Source: Alphaproteobacteria bacterium
Lineage (GTDB): Bacteria; Pseudomonadota; Alphaproteobacteria; JAUHZC01
Length of the DNA stretch: 64,000 bases
Assembly: GCA_030425805.1 (NCBI GenBank)
Contig: JAUHZC010000002.1
Coordinates: 20,448-84,447, forward strand
Direction: 5' to 3'
This document shows, one piece after another, positions 27,511-40,640 of this stretch. How positions within the stretch are numbered: position 1 is the stretch's first letter; each line of letters starts with the position of its first letter. Below the pieces are notes generated by a model. That model was not told where the DNA came from and searched no databases. It worked only from the letters and a program-made list of their open reading frames with translations. A program made the position numbers and the translations under genes.

Positions 27511-28941
27511 TTAGTCTTCTCCTTGAGCCTTGGAATACCCAGCCTTGCCATCAAAGGAGAAGAGTTTCTCCACATGATTCCAGTCAATGCCCCGCTCTTC
27601 CATTTCTTTTAAGAGTTTGCAGATATCACCGGCTCCTGGAGCAACTTCTGCAAAACGGCACCGCCATGAATCTACGAAGTCCGGGAAATTGAACACGTCT
27701 GGATAAACCTTGATGCCCCGAGAGGAGATGAGCTTGAGGTAAAACCCTGTTCCCTCACAAGCTTTCTCAAGCTTGGGACCCAGTGTCTCCGGCCCTTCAT
27801 CGGCAATTGCAAAAACATCAACACCGTCCCGCTCGACTTTTACGTCCTTGGTTGAAACAATCTCTCCTGTGCTCTGGGGCATTTTCAATGGCTTATATTC
27901 CCGCAAGCGAGGATGCGCAGGCGTTTTTCCAAGACGCTCAATGACTTTGTCTGTGAAATCCGTGGTGCTAAGTTTTTCACCCACCGTCTTCACATCCTGA
28001 GTCACAAATCCCTCTTCAAGGGTTGTGAGCAGAGCGTTCTCTATTAAAATGGCTTCGTCAAAAGCGCCAATATGGCGGAGCATCAGAACACTTGCCTGGA
28101 TCAGAGCTGTAGGATTCACCACATTTTTTCCAGCAATGGTTGGAGCAGAGCCATGAACTGCCTCAAAGATAGAAACATCCTCTCCCATATTGGCACTGCC
28201 CGCAAAACCAAGCCCGCCGACAAGACCTGACGCGAGATCTGAGAGGATATCGCCATTCATATTACTCATTACAACGACTTCAAACTGTGTCGGATCCATG
28301 ACCATTTGGTGAGCACAGTTGTCCACAATCATGTGTTCAGCCCGAATTTCCGGATATTCTGGGGCAATGCGCTCGAACGTACGCTTCATCAGCCCTTCTG
28401 TGAATTTCAGAATATTGGCCTTGGTAGCACAGTGGACAGATTCCCGCCCTTCTGCCCGGGCCAGTTCAAAGGCAAAGCGGATAATCTTTTCACAACCCTT
28501 GGTGGTCATTAACTTCAGGGCCTGAGCCACATCAGGAGTTTGCATGTGTTCAATCCCAGCATAGAGATCTTCTACATTTTCCCGCACTACGATGAAGTCA
28601 ATCTTCTGATCCTGGTAGGGAGAAGGAATGTTCGGACAGCTCTGGACCGGACGCACATTTGCAAATGTCTCAAAAGCCTTGCGGAGGGTTACGTTGGCGC
28701 TTTTTTCACCATACCCAACAGGCGTTTCCAGGGGACCCTTCAGGGCTACTTTGTTATGAGCTAAACTCTCGAGTGTTTTTTGGGAAACGCCACTGCTGAG
28801 CCCTTTTTTGAAGACCTCTGCCCCAGCTTCACAGTATTCCCATGTGAGTTTAAGACCTGTAGCCTCAATGATGCGAATGGCAGCATCAACAACCTCTCCA
28901 CCAACGCCATCCCCACGCATAACTGTAATTGTTCGTGACAT
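27511..28941 (-). CDS. icd: Isocitrate dehydrogenase (long form with C-terminal extension)
   Basis: GDGVGGEV, KGPLETPVG..KSANVTLRK, RENVEDLYAGIEH, FEAVHGSAP, C-terminal YSKAQGE. Confidence 0.93.
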   Translation of the reverse strand: MSRTITVMRGDGVGGEVVDAAIRIIEATGLKLTWEYCEAGAEVFKKGLSSGVSQKTLESLAHNKVALKGPLETPVGYGEKSANVTLRKAFETFANVRPVQSCPNIPSPYQDQKIDFIVVRENVEDLYAGIEHMQTPDVAQALKLMTTKGCEKIIRFAFELARAEGRESVHCATKANILKFTEGLMKRTFERIAPEYPEIRAEHMIVDNCAHQMVMDPTQFEVVVMSNMNGDILSDLASGLVGGLGFAGSANMGEDVSIFEAVHGSAPTIAGKNVVNPTALIQASVLMLRHIGAFDEAILIENALLTTLEEGFVTQDVKTVGEKLSTTDFTDKVIERLGKTPAHPRLREYKPLKMPQSTGEIVSTKDVKVERDGVDVFAIADEGPETLGPKLEKACEGTGFYLKLISSRGIKVYPDVFNFPDFVDSWRCRFAEVAPGAGDICKLLKEMEERGIDWNHVEKLFSFDGKAGYSKAQGED

Positions 28942-29067
28942 GTGTCCCCCTCACGTTTCCCCCAGTATAGAAAGTGCACTCCCCCCTGGCAAACGGTTTT
29001 GAGGAAGGCTGGCACAACAGCTACAATCTTTGTGGTAATTTGTGAGAAATTCCCCTATGTTATGGGG

Positions 29068-30015
29068 ATGAGAAATTCAAAGAATCCCTGGATTGGCGTT
29101 GCCTTAAAAATCCTGGCCTGTGCATGCTTTGCCGTGGTCAATGGGCTTGTGCGGGGATTAACAGGCGGAGCTGAATTCCCCTTTGCTGAAGTTGCGATCC
29201 TTTCCTTTGCCCAACTTGCTTTTTTGCAAAATGCTGTCGGAACGGCTTACATGGTACCTCTCAGTTGGTCTACGATCAAAGCTGGCCTCAAACTCAAGCA
29301 CCCCCATATCCACCTCATCCGCGTGTTGTGTGCTGTGTTTGGGTTGCTTTGTTGGTACAGAAGCCTCTCCCTTATGCCGATCGCCTATGCCATGGCTCTG
29401 AGCTTCACGGGCCCTCTTCTTACAGTGCTGGGAAGTCGGATTTTCCTTCATGAAAGCCTCACCCTCTATCGCTTAATGGCCATTGGTTTAGGCCTCGCAG
29501 GTTCCCTTATCATCACAAAACCTTTCCAGGTTTTAGCGGGAGAGACTGGCCTTCCCTTCCCAGCTTGGGCTACAGCTTTTCCTCTCTTGGCGGCTGCTTT
29601 TTGGGCTGGATCTAAGATCTGCAGCCGAAAGCTAGCCGCAGCTGGAGAATCCTCCCTTGTTATGACAGGAGCCCTTCTCTTGTTTATGGCCCCTGTTTCT
29701 GGCCTCATGGCCCTCTCCAGCTGGAGCATGCCTGACAGCACTCAATGGCTTTGGATCCTGATCATTGGCTTGCTCGCCACAGGAGCCCACATCTTCCAGG
29801 CCAAATCCTTCCAATATGCTGAAGTGACTTTTCTAACCCCCTTTGGATTTTCTCGATTTCTGCTCAGCGGCCTTGTCGGATACCTTTTTTTCGGAGAGTT
29901 TCCCAAGTCCCAAACGCTCTGGGTTGGGACTATTGTGATTCTCCTGAGCCTTTACTGCCTTTCCCTGGATCAACGCACCCTCAATAAACATCAAAAAACA
30001 AGGCAGGCTTTATGA
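29068..30015 (+). CDS. DMT/EamA family transporter
   Basis: About 10 TM helices; ALSFTGPLL..LGSRIFLHE repeat signature. Confidence 0.88.
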   Translation: MRNSKNPWIGVALKILACACFAVVNGLVRGLTGGAEFPFAEVAILSFAQLAFLQNAVGTAYMVPLSWSTIKAGLKLKHPHIHLIRVLCAVFGLLCWYRSLSLMPIAYAMALSFTGPLLTVLGSRIFLHESLTLYRLMAIGLGLAGSLIITKPFQVLAGETGLPFPAWATAFPLLAAAFWAGSKICSRKLAAAGESSLVMTGALLLFMAPVSGLMALSSWSMPDSTQWLWILIIGLLATGAHIFQAKSFQYAEVTFLTPFGFSRFLLSGLVGYLFFGEFPKSQTLWVGTIVILLSLYCLSLDQRTLNKHQKTRQAL

Positions 30016-30953
30016 TTCAGCGCATTCACTCTTTTTTTGAGACCTATCCTCACTGGGAAGGTGCGCTCTGGAAAACAGTTGCGTCAGGCTGCTTTGCGCT
30101 GCTGGGAGCTTTGGTAAAATACATGACCCTGCACCCGGATAATCAGGGTGTTCAGGTTCAGCAAATTGTATTTCTGGAAAATACCATTGGGATGATCCTG
30201 ATCCTCCTACCCCAGATCAGGAATTTTCAAGGGCTCAAACCACAGCTAAAGCGCTACGATCTCCATGCGCTGCGTATTATCTCATCGAGTGCGGGAATCC
30301 TCCTGTGGTACCAAGCCCTGATTCATATGCCATTGGCTCTGGCGTCTTCCCTCAGCTTTACAAGCCCTGCAATTACCCTTCTCTTTGCACGGCTCTTTCT
30401 GAAAGAACGGATTTCAGCCCAAGATATGATGGCAATTAGCCTCAGTTTTGTCGGGGCGGCCATTATTATTCGCCCAGACCAAAAGCTTCTTCTCGGTCTC
30501 GCAAACTTTGACAGCAATATGCTTTATATGATGATTCCATTGCTCTCTTCAGCTTGCCTTGCAGCTTCCAAAGTTGTAAGCCGTTCGATGGCCTCCCAAG
30601 GGGAGTCTCCCCGTATTATGGGAACTTATCTCCTGCTTTTCATGGCACCAATGACAGCCCTTTATGCCATCCCCACCTGGGCTCCCATGAATAGCTTACA
30701 GCTCAAGCTCATCTGGGTTTCAGGTCTTTGTACGGCTATTGCCCATTGGGCCATCTCCCAAGCCTATGCCTGTGCAACTGTCACGTTTTTGACGCCCTTC
30801 AGCTTCACCCGGGTGTTTCTTGGCGGCATCTTTGGTTTTCTCCTCTTTGAAGAGGCGCCCTTTACAACAGTGTTTCTTATTGGAACTGTGCTCATTTTCA
30901 GCAGTGTCGTTCTCTTAACACTACGCAAACATCCTGCAAAGCCTGCGGCATAG
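30012..30953 (+). CDS. DMT/EamA family transporter (paralog of the upstream gene)
   Basis: SLSFTSPAITLLFARLFLKE, VTFLTPF; ATGA overlap with the upstream gene. Confidence 0.88.
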   Translation: MIQRIHSFFETYPHWEGALWKTVASGCFALLGALVKYMTLHPDNQGVQVQQIVFLENTIGMILILLPQIRNFQGLKPQLKRYDLHALRIISSSAGILLWYQALIHMPLALASSLSFTSPAITLLFARLFLKERISAQDMMAISLSFVGAAIIIRPDQKLLLGLANFDSNMLYMMIPLLSSACLAASKVVSRSMASQGESPRIMGTYLLLFMAPMTALYAIPTWAPMNSLQLKLIWVSGLCTAIAHWAISQAYACATVTFLTPFSFTRVFLGGIFGFLLFEEAPFTTVFLIGTVLIFSSVVLLTLRKHPAKPAA

Positions 30954-30967
30954 GAGAGATAGAGATA

Positions 30968-32137
30968 ATGGGAGCTCCCAAACTACAGGAAAAACCAAGC
31001 ATTGAAGGGGTTTTTCACCTACAGTTTGAAAGCTTTCGAAATTTTCCTCAGCTCAGCCTGAAAGGTTTGGGGCAAATGAACGTTCTCTATGGCCCCAATG
31101 GATCTGGGAAAACAAATATTCTGGAAGCTCTTTCTCTCTTAAATGGAACCCGTGGTTTTCGACGGGCAACCCTTAGTGATTTGTGTCACCAGGGGGAGGC
31201 GCCAACTCTCCCTTGGGTGATTCAAACACAAGTGGGGCCAGCGGAGAATCTTCAGAATTTAGCCACAGGGCTCAGCCCTGATGCCTGGCAGACCGGGCAA
31301 GAAAAACGAATCGGACGCTTTGAAGGCCAAGATGTACGCCCTCTTTCCCAACTGGCATATCGGGTAGGGATTATTTCGTTAACCCCCCAAGAAGATGACC
31401 TCTTCCGAGAAGGAGCAGGCCGGCGCCGGCGCTTTTTTGATCGTTGGGTCAGCACCCAAGATCCCACGCACCAAACACGCCTGAACCGCTATGAACAAGC
31501 TATGGCGGAGCGGAACAAGCTCCTTAAGCAAGGTATCTTCAATGAAGGTTGGCTTGGAGGACTTGAGGACATCATGGCGACGGAATCCCTTGCGATTCAC
31601 CATTCTCGTGTGCAGCTTGCCGAGCAACTCAATCAAGCCATCATGCTCTTAAATCCTGCTTTTCCTCAGGGGCAGCTTTCTCTTCTCACAAATCTCTCAA
31701 AGCTTGCAGAAGATTGCCCAGCTGTCATGGCAGAAGAAAAGTTCCGTCAGCTTTTGCGAGAAAATCGCCCCCTTGATGCCCAATCTGGTGGGGCCCAAGA
31801 AGGGGCACATAAGCTTGATTTAAATGTCATTTTCTGCCCTAAAAATATCCCAGCATCCCAAGGTTCAACAGGCGAGCAAAAAGCTTTGATCTTGTCACTG
31901 ACGCTTGCATATGCTTTAGTTTTAAAAGGCCAATTCTTAGGCGTACCTCTCCTTCTTTTAGATGAAGTTGTGGCACACCTTGACGAAAATCGGCGGGAAG
32001 CCCTGTTCAAAACCCTGATGGATTTAGAAGTTCAAACGTGGATGACAGGAACTGAAAAGACTTTCTTTAAAGGACTAGTCAGGAAGGCTGAGTTCTTCTA
32101 TGTTAGAGATGGCCATGTGGCCCATGATAAGGAGTAA
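30968..32137 (+). CDS. recF: DNA replication/repair protein RecF
   Basis: GPNGSGKTNILEA, RRRFFDR, STGEQKA, LLLLDEVVAHLD. Confidence 0.95.
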   Translation: MGAPKLQEKPSIEGVFHLQFESFRNFPQLSLKGLGQMNVLYGPNGSGKTNILEALSLLNGTRGFRRATLSDLCHQGEAPTLPWVIQTQVGPAENLQNLATGLSPDAWQTGQEKRIGRFEGQDVRPLSQLAYRVGIISLTPQEDDLFREGAGRRRRFFDRWVSTQDPTHQTRLNRYEQAMAERNKLLKQGIFNEGWLGGLEDIMATESLAIHHSRVQLAEQLNQAIMLLNPAFPQGQLSLLTNLSKLAEDCPAVMAEEKFRQLLRENRPLDAQSGGAQEGAHKLDLNVIFCPKNIPASQGSTGEQKALILSLTLAYALVLKGQFLGVPLLLLDEVVAHLDENRREALFKTLMDLEVQTWMTGTEKTFFKGLVRKAEFFYVRDGHVAHDKE

Positions 32138-34555
<2,418 letters not shown>

Positions 34556-34573
34556 AAGGATTTGGTGAAAACC

Positions 34574-36454
34574 ATGCCCAAAAAGCTACCCTCTCCAAAG
34601 AAGACCCCTTCTCCTAAGAAGCGGTCTTCTCCTGCGAGACGAAAAAAATCACCCAAGCGTACACCTTTATGGATTCTTGGGGCTCAGGTTTTTTGTGTCT
34701 TTCTCTTTGTCGGGGGGCTTTTCTACCTCTGGCTGATTAAGGATTTACCTTCCTTGGATGACCCGGCGTTATTCCAGGTGCGGCAAAGATCCCTTACTTT
34801 TCTTGATGCAGAGGGCAAACCTTTTGCACGCCGCGGTGAAACCTCAGGAAAACCTCTGAAGTACAGCGAAGTCCCACCTTTTCTCCGCCAAGCCATTCTT
34901 AGCACTGAGGATCGGAATTTTTTCACTCATAGTGGCGTCAACCTTCCCTCCATTTTCCGAGCGATGTGGATGAATCTAACAGCTGGGAAAATTCGTCAAG
35001 GGGGTAGCACAATCACCCAACAGCTGGCGAAAAATCTTCTAATTACATCCAATAAGACAACGACCTATAACCGATCTTACTTCCGAAAAATGCGGGAGCT
35101 TCTTCTTGCACGACGCCTAGAATCTGTATTTTCAAAACAACAACTTTTCACCCTGTATGTGAACAGAGCTTATTTTGGATCTGGAATTTATGGCCTAAGA
35201 GAGGCAGCTCAGCGGTATTTCAGCAAACCTATTCACAAGCTGAACCATGCTGAATCCCTTATCCTGGCTGGCCTCTTCAAGGCTCCAACGGCCTATGCCC
35301 CAACCCACAACTTGCAAAAATCAAAAATACGGGCCCGGGTTGTGCTTGCGAGTCTGAAGAACCAGGAAAAAGTCAGTACTCAACAAGAGAGAAATATCTC
35401 CCATGAGCTTGATCGCCTCAGGCGTCCTCCCCACCACTTCAAGATGGAAGACCACTTCGTTGATTGGGTTCAGGCGCGGCTTAAAACAATCGTGGATATG
35501 AACACGCTCAAAGGGGATCTTGTTATTGAGACGACTCTCTCTCCTCGCCTCCAGCGCATTGTTGCCCGAGAAGGCGTGCTGGGCTTTATGTCTCTTCGCG
35601 GCAAAGCTCCTGTTAAACAACTCGGGATGATTTTAATTGATCAAAATGGTGCTGTCCGGGCTATGATTGGGGGCGTTGACTATGAAACATCCAAATACAA
35701 TCGCGTAACCCAAGCCATGCGCCAACCAGGCTCTGTTTACAAGATTATCCCTTTCATGGCTGCTCTGGAATCAGGCAAAACACCTCGCTCTAAAATATCC
35801 GACAAGCGGGTTCGAATTGGGCACTGGTCACCAAAAAACTATGGCTGGCGTTCACGAGGAGAGGTCTCTTTAGAGGAGGCTTTCTCATATTCGATCAATA
35901 CAGCTACAGTAAACCTTTCTCGCAAGGTAGGGGTCAAACAACTTAAACTTACGGCAAAGAAACTGGGGCTCTCGACAAAAGGCCCCTTTGACTTAACGCG
36001 AGTTTTAGGAAGTGGTGAGACGAACCTCTTCCGCCTGACAAATGCGTATAACCATATTAGCCAAGAGGGTAAAGCCTCTAACGCCTATGGAATTGTCCGC
36101 ATTCGAAATAGTAAGGGTGAGATTGTCTTCCAACGTCCCCCAAAAAAAGGAACGCCGACTTTTGCACCCAAAACTTATCAGGATATGAAGACCCTTCTCC
36201 AGAAGGTCATGGAGAAAGGGACTGGCCGGCGGTGCCGCCTTCAAACCTCGCTTCTCCAGGGAGGTAAAACAGGAACCACTCAAGATTCCCGAGATGCCTA
36301 CTTTATTGGATACACACCCCTTTATACCCTTGGTGTTTGGGTGGGCAATGATGACAATAAGAGCATGGGTCGTGTGACAGGTGCATCCCTTCCTGGGAAA
36401 GTCTGGCAACATGTTATGGGCCAGCTGGGCCAACCTGCTCCCTCCAGGCGATAA
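34574..36454 (+). CDS. Class A penicillin-binding protein (transglycosylase/transpeptidase)
   Basis: TEDRNFF, QGGSTITQQLAKNL, RKMRE, RQPGSVYK (SxxK), SIN, GKTGT. Confidence 0.93.
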   Translation: MPKKLPSPKKTPSPKKRSSPARRKKSPKRTPLWILGAQVFCVFLFVGGLFYLWLIKDLPSLDDPALFQVRQRSLTFLDAEGKPFARRGETSGKPLKYSEVPPFLRQAILSTEDRNFFTHSGVNLPSIFRAMWMNLTAGKIRQGGSTITQQLAKNLLITSNKTTTYNRSYFRKMRELLLARRLESVFSKQQLFTLYVNRAYFGSGIYGLREAAQRYFSKPIHKLNHAESLILAGLFKAPTAYAPTHNLQKSKIRARVVLASLKNQEKVSTQQERNISHELDRLRRPPHHFKMEDHFVDWVQARLKTIVDMNTLKGDLVIETTLSPRLQRIVAREGVLGFMSLRGKAPVKQLGMILIDQNGAVRAMIGGVDYETSKYNRVTQAMRQPGSVYKIIPFMAALESGKTPRSKISDKRVRIGHWSPKNYGWRSRGEVSLEEAFSYSINTATVNLSRKVGVKQLKLTAKKLGLSTKGPFDLTRVLGSGETNLFRLTNAYNHISQEGKASNAYGIVRIRNSKGEIVFQRPPKKGTPTFAPKTYQDMKTLLQKVMEKGTGRRCRLQTSLLQGGKTGTTQDSRDAYFIGYTPLYTLGVWVGNDDNKSMGRVTGASLPGKVWQHVMGQLGQPAPSRR

Positions 36455-36573
36455 GACCTCGGTTAGAAAACGTCAGCTTTTCACAGCAATTCGACCACCC
36501 AAACACCTAATTTCCTTGCATTGTACAGACAAAATTTCATATACACATAGGAGGAACAAATTGAGATGCCTTT

Positions 36574-37062
36574 ATGAAACCTGCTCAACAAAAGGCCCGG
36601 CTGGGTCGATTGCTTGCTGTGCAATGTATTTACAGTGCTTTAGCCAAAGACTCCCGTGACTTTTTAGAAGTCCTTGAGAGCCCTGAAGCCCTAGCTTCTT
36701 TTGATCTTTTTGACGAAGAAGACTTAGGTGGGGACGGAGAAGATCGTATTGCTAAACCTGACAGAGCGCTCACCCGTAAAATTCTCACACATATGCAAAG
36801 TAGCTTTGACGGATTTCACACCTTTCTCTCAACAACACTCATCACCCCTCATCAATTTATTGGCCTGAACCTCCTGATGAAAAGTCTGGTTTATAGTGCT
36901 GCGGTAGAACTTTATATGGGGAAAGCCCCCGTTGCAGTGGTTGTAGATGAGTATCTCCACCTCAGTCATGGCTTTTTCAGCCAAGATGAGACCCGTCTTA
37001 TTCATGGTCTTCTCACCACAGTCATCAAGAATGAAAAAACCTTAAAAGAGAAGCTTTTTTAG
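36574..37062 (+). CDS. nusB: Transcription antitermination factor NusB (divergent)
   Basis: RLGRLLAVQCIY N-terminus and EL..PVAVVVDEY..F..E..IHGLL C-terminus. Confidence 0.65.
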   Translation: MKPAQQKARLGRLLAVQCIYSALAKDSRDFLEVLESPEALASFDLFDEEDLGGDGEDRIAKPDRALTRKILTHMQSSFDGFHTFLSTTLITPHQFIGLNLLMKSLVYSAAVELYMGKAPVAVVVDEYLHLSHGFFSQDETRLIHGLLTTVIKNEKTLKEKLF

Positions 37063-37108
37063 GCAAAAACAGCCTTGTGACTCCCAAAAAATCATGCCAT
37101 CATGACGT

Positions 37109-37741
37109 ATGGCAAATGATGATATTCCCGCTAAGATTTCTACACATCGACCTGGCTTCGAGGCCTTAACTTCAAAACTTATGCATGATCTGATTGCTCC
37201 CCTAGGGGCCTTATCTCATGGCGTTGAGTTGCTCGAAACTAGCGATGACAAACCTGATGATGAAATCCTCAATGTGCTCAAGGAAGCTGTCGATAAGGCG
37301 CTGACGCAGCTAATGGTTTTTCGAGCAGCTTGGGGGAAGAACGGCCCCCGGGTTGTGCAAGGAAAAGATAACCTCAGTACTTTTTTGCATCGTATCGTTT
37401 CCATTAAAAAGCATCGGCTCGCGAATTTTTCTGTCCGTGAGGATGTAGACCAGGGTCTTCTACGGTCTGGCTTTTGCCTTTTGTGGCTCCTTCAAGATGC
37501 CCTTCTTCCTGAGGGAGAGGTAGAGTTCCTTATCCCTTCAGAAGACACGCTTACAATTACATTTATTGGACGGAATACAAAATCCCCTGAAGAAATTACA
37601 ACAGCCTTGCAAGAAGAAATTATTCCTGATGAGCCAAGCAAAATTCTTTGGCATCTGACAGGTGAGATTATCCGCACAAAACAGCAAAAGCTCTCCATTG
37701 ATGAAGAGGATGACAGGCTCTTACTTCGTCTTAGTGTTTAG
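37109..37741 (+). CDS. chpT: Histidine phosphotransferase ChpT family
   Basis: LTSKLMHDLIAPLGALSHGVELL H-box and L.VFRAAWG motif. Confidence 0.8.
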   Translation: MANDDIPAKISTHRPGFEALTSKLMHDLIAPLGALSHGVELLETSDDKPDDEILNVLKEAVDKALTQLMVFRAAWGKNGPRVVQGKDNLSTFLHRIVSIKKHRLANFSVREDVDQGLLRSGFCLLWLLQDALLPEGEVEFLIPSEDTLTITFIGRNTKSPEEITTALQEEIIPDEPSKILWHLTGEIIRTKQQKLSIDEEDDRLLLRLSV

Positions 37742-37775
37742 ATTGCTATGACCTTCTCCATAAGAGGAGTCAGAC

Positions 37776-37804
37776 AAAAGCCCCAGAAAGTTCTGGGGCT
37801 TTTT
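37776..37804. terminator. Bidirectional rho-independent terminator
   Basis: AAAAGCCCCAGAA-AG-TTCTGGGGCTTTTT between convergent genes. Confidence 0.85.
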
Positions 37805-37808
37805 GTAT

Positions 37809-38276
37809 TTAGACCTTTGTCAGGATGTAAACTTTACCCTCAAGACTTTCGATTCTTGCCTGATCTCCTTTTTTCAGAAGATCAGAAGAGCGGGCTTTCC
37901 ATGTTGTATCATTGAGCAGAATTCGCCCTTCCCCACCGACAAAGTCTTTCTTGACCTCAACCAGCCGACCAATATGCTCCATACCACGTTGATTCAAGAA
38001 TGGCTGATCTGAGGAAGCAGGCGGATTAAGCCGGTTATAAGCTAGCCAACCTCCTAAGGTGACCATACAAAGACAGGAGAAGATCAAACCACTCCAGATC
38101 AAAGGAAGCTCAGGAAAAGCATGCTGAATAATGCCTGTAATTGCTGCGCTCACAGTTGTCCAGAGAAGGTAATACCCTCCATCTGCTGTCAGTTCAATCA
38201 GAAGCATAAATCCAGCAAACGTCCACCATGTCCAAGCGGGAATAGGCTGGAGAAAGAAATGTACAAAATCTGTCAT
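37809..38276 (-). CDS. NfeD family membrane protein
   Basis: N-terminal TM helices, LNQRG..IGR, GRILLNDTTWKA OB-fold; follows an SPFH gene. Confidence 0.88.
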   Translation of the reverse strand: MTDFVHFFLQPIPAWTWWTFAGFMLLIELTADGGYYLLWTTVSAAITGIIQHAFPELPLIWSGLIFSCLCMVTLGGWLAYNRLNPPASSDQPFLNQRGMEHIGRLVEVKKDFVGGEGRILLNDTTWKARSSDLLKKGDQARIESLEGKVYILTKV

Positions 38277-38285
38277 AGCTTCCTC

Positions 38286-39164
38286 CTATTTTTTATCTGC
38301 AAAAGTTTCTTTGGCTAACTCTGCAATTCCACCCAGAGATCCAATCACATTAGAGGCCTCTAGTGGCATGAAGATAACCTTTTGATTCTCAGCAGATGCC
38401 ATATCCTTCAAAGCTGTGACATACTCACGGGCCACAAAGTAATTGATAGCCTGCACATCACCGTTTGCAATCGCCTTGGAGACCATATCTGTGGCCTTGG
38501 CTTCAGCCTGTGCTTGACGCTCCCGAGCTTCAGCCTCTAAGAACGCAGCTTGACGCTTTCCTTCGGCTTCCAAGATCTGAGCTTGGCGAAGACCTTCAGC
38601 CTCAAGGATTTGGGCTCTCTTTTCACGCTCAGCTTTCATTTGTCGGCCCATAGATTCTACAAGGTCGGCAGGAGGAACAATGTCTTTAATCTCAATCCGA
38701 GTCACTTTGACACCCCAAGGCGTTGTAGCTTCATCAACAACACCGAGCAATTTCGTATTAATTTGCTCCCGGTGAGAGAGAAGATCATCCAAATCCATAG
38801 ATCCCATCACGGTCCGGATATTTGTCATCGTAAGATTTACAATTGCACGTTTAAGATCATTCACCTCATATGCGGCCTTGGCTGCATCTAGAATTTGGTA
38901 AAAAATAACCCCATCCACACGAACCATAGCGTTGTCTTTGGTGATGACATCTTGGGAAGGAACATCAATGACATTTTCCTTCATATTTACCTTGGCACCA
39001 ATCACCTCAATAAAAGGCTTTACAAGGCGAAGTCCAGGCCGAAGAGTATGACGATATTCTCCAAAACGTTCGAGCGTATAGTTATACCCTTGGGGGATAA
39101 TAATGACAGCTTTTGCAAGAAATACAAAAACCAGAACCATTAAAATAATCATGAATAGATCCAT
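38286..39164 (-). CDS. SPFH/Band 7 domain protein (QmcA-like)
   Basis: [39 protein letters not shown]. Confidence 0.93.
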   Translation of the reverse strand: MDLFMIILMVLVFVFLAKAVIIIPQGYNYTLERFGEYRHTLRPGLRLVKPFIEVIGAKVNMKENVIDVPSQDVITKDNAMVRVDGVIFYQILDAAKAAYEVNDLKRAIVNLTMTNIRTVMGSMDLDDLLSHREQINTKLLGVVDEATTPWGVKVTRIEIKDIVPPADLVESMGRQMKAEREKRAQILEAEGLRQAQILEAEGKRQAAFLEAEARERQAQAEAKATDMVSKAIANGDVQAINYFVAREYVTALKDMASAENQKVIFMPLEASNVIGSLGGIAELAKETFADKK

Positions 39165-39228
39165 AGGAACCTCCTTTTTTTTATTATGTTAATTCACATC
39201 TGTAACTTATCATAAAACACCCGAAAAC

Positions 39229-40581
39229 TCACGGGATATTTTCCATTTTTGACAAATATTTTTGAAATAATCCCCTGTATTGATTATTCACTCGATCTAT
39301 ACTTTCTAGAGACTCTCGATTCCCATCAAGATGTTGCACTAGACGGTACGCAAAGACAAGAGGATTGGGGCGAATAAGCACATGTAAATGAGTATGAGGT
39401 ACTGTTTGACCTGCAGAAACTCCATTTTGAACAAACCATATAACATGACCCTGTGGTGTTTTTTCAGAAAGCCCTTGTGTTGCTGCCAAAGCAAGTTTGT
39501 GGAAATGCTCCCACATCTCCTTTGAGACATCCTGAATATTAGGAATATGGGCACGAGGTATAACCATAAAATGCTTTTCTTGAGAGTAAGGAGCGAAGTT
39601 ATACAAAACAACGACACCTTCTTTCTCACATGTTTTTTGATTCTGGATGACTTCCGGGCGGCAGAAAGCGCAGTTACCTGAATCAAACTTAAGCTCAGCT
39701 CTAGAAAACTCGGCATCTTCTGGTCTTTTGGCTAATTGTTCTCCATGGGACTTCTCTTGAGAGGGAGACTTCTTTCTAAACACCTTCAAGGCTCCTGCCT
39801 TCTGGAGCTTTTCCTTCAGAAAACCGAGCATATCAAGAACTTCCTGATTTTTGATAGCCGGCCTGATAAAACAGTCCTGACCAGGAGAGATTGTGCGTTG
39901 CCTAGGTTGACGCAGCTCTTTCAAAAGCTCTATGTGAAACGACTCCTGTAGTGCAGGGTTTTGGGGTTTACGAAATCGCTCGGGAAGATATCCAAAAAGA
40001 CCATAAAGTGTGCGCTGAAGCTTCCTTCGAATGTTGACTTCTCTTACTTCTTGCCCTGTCTTGGAATCCTGATACCCCTCAGGAATCATTTCAAAAAGAG
40101 GCACCTTTTCATCAGAGATTTTCTGAAAATCAACAAATGCGTAATAATCTCTATATCCAAGAGCTTGATATGCTCGTCCCACGGCCTGAAAAACAGTACG
40201 GAAAGTCTCAAGCTTTTCAGCATCATTTGTCAAAAGACTCTCTGCTGAAATCCCAATATGAAGCTTCTCAAAACCCGGAGATAAAGCATAAACGCCAACA
40301 CCTTTGTAGGTCAAAATTTCCCTTGTAGATTGAGAAAAATAAATCGGGTCAAAAACAGCGTCGGGTTTCTCAGCTCCTCCCTCTACAAAGGAAGTCTGAA
40401 TCCCTAAACGATCAAGAATCTTAAGCTTTTGCCCCTCTCTCAAAAAAGCTGGGATGGCCCCCTCTTGAATTTCCCAGTGCTGATCTTGAAGAGCAGGTTC
40501 TTCAGGAGGGGCTTCCTGTGCTGTGCAGCCCAACAGAAAAACACAGAGAAAAATGAATAAGCCGGGAAAATTAGAAAACAT
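39229..40581 (-). CDS. Lipoprotein with a C-terminal HIT nucleotide hydrolase domain
   Basis: Lipobox LLGC; CAFC, HFMVIPRAH, QNGVSAGQTVPHTHLHV. Confidence 0.75.
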   Translation of the reverse strand: MFSNFPGLFIFLCVFLLGCTAQEAPPEEPALQDQHWEIQEGAIPAFLREGQKLKILDRLGIQTSFVEGGAEKPDAVFDPIYFSQSTREILTYKGVGVYALSPGFEKLHIGISAESLLTNDAEKLETFRTVFQAVGRAYQALGYRDYYAFVDFQKISDEKVPLFEMIPEGYQDSKTGQEVREVNIRRKLQRTLYGLFGYLPERFRKPQNPALQESFHIELLKELRQPRQRTISPGQDCFIRPAIKNQEVLDMLGFLKEKLQKAGALKVFRKKSPSQEKSHGEQLAKRPEDAEFSRAELKFDSGNCAFCRPEVIQNQKTCEKEGVVVLYNFAPYSQEKHFMVIPRAHIPNIQDVSKEMWEHFHKLALAATQGLSEKTPQGHVIWFVQNGVSAGQTVPHTHLHVLIRPNPLVFAYRLVQHLDGNRESLESIDRVNNQYRGLFQKYLSKMENIP

Positions 40582-40640
40582 CTAAAACATTACTTTTCGT
40601 ATTTTCTTAGCTGAATTCCCCCCTCTTGAGAAGAGGATAA

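Noticed and set aside
34574..34660. SPKK-like basic repeats at the PBP N-terminus suggesting histone-H1-like DNA binding
   Set aside because: Basic low-complexity cytoplasmic tails before the TM helix are common in class A PBPs; no further support
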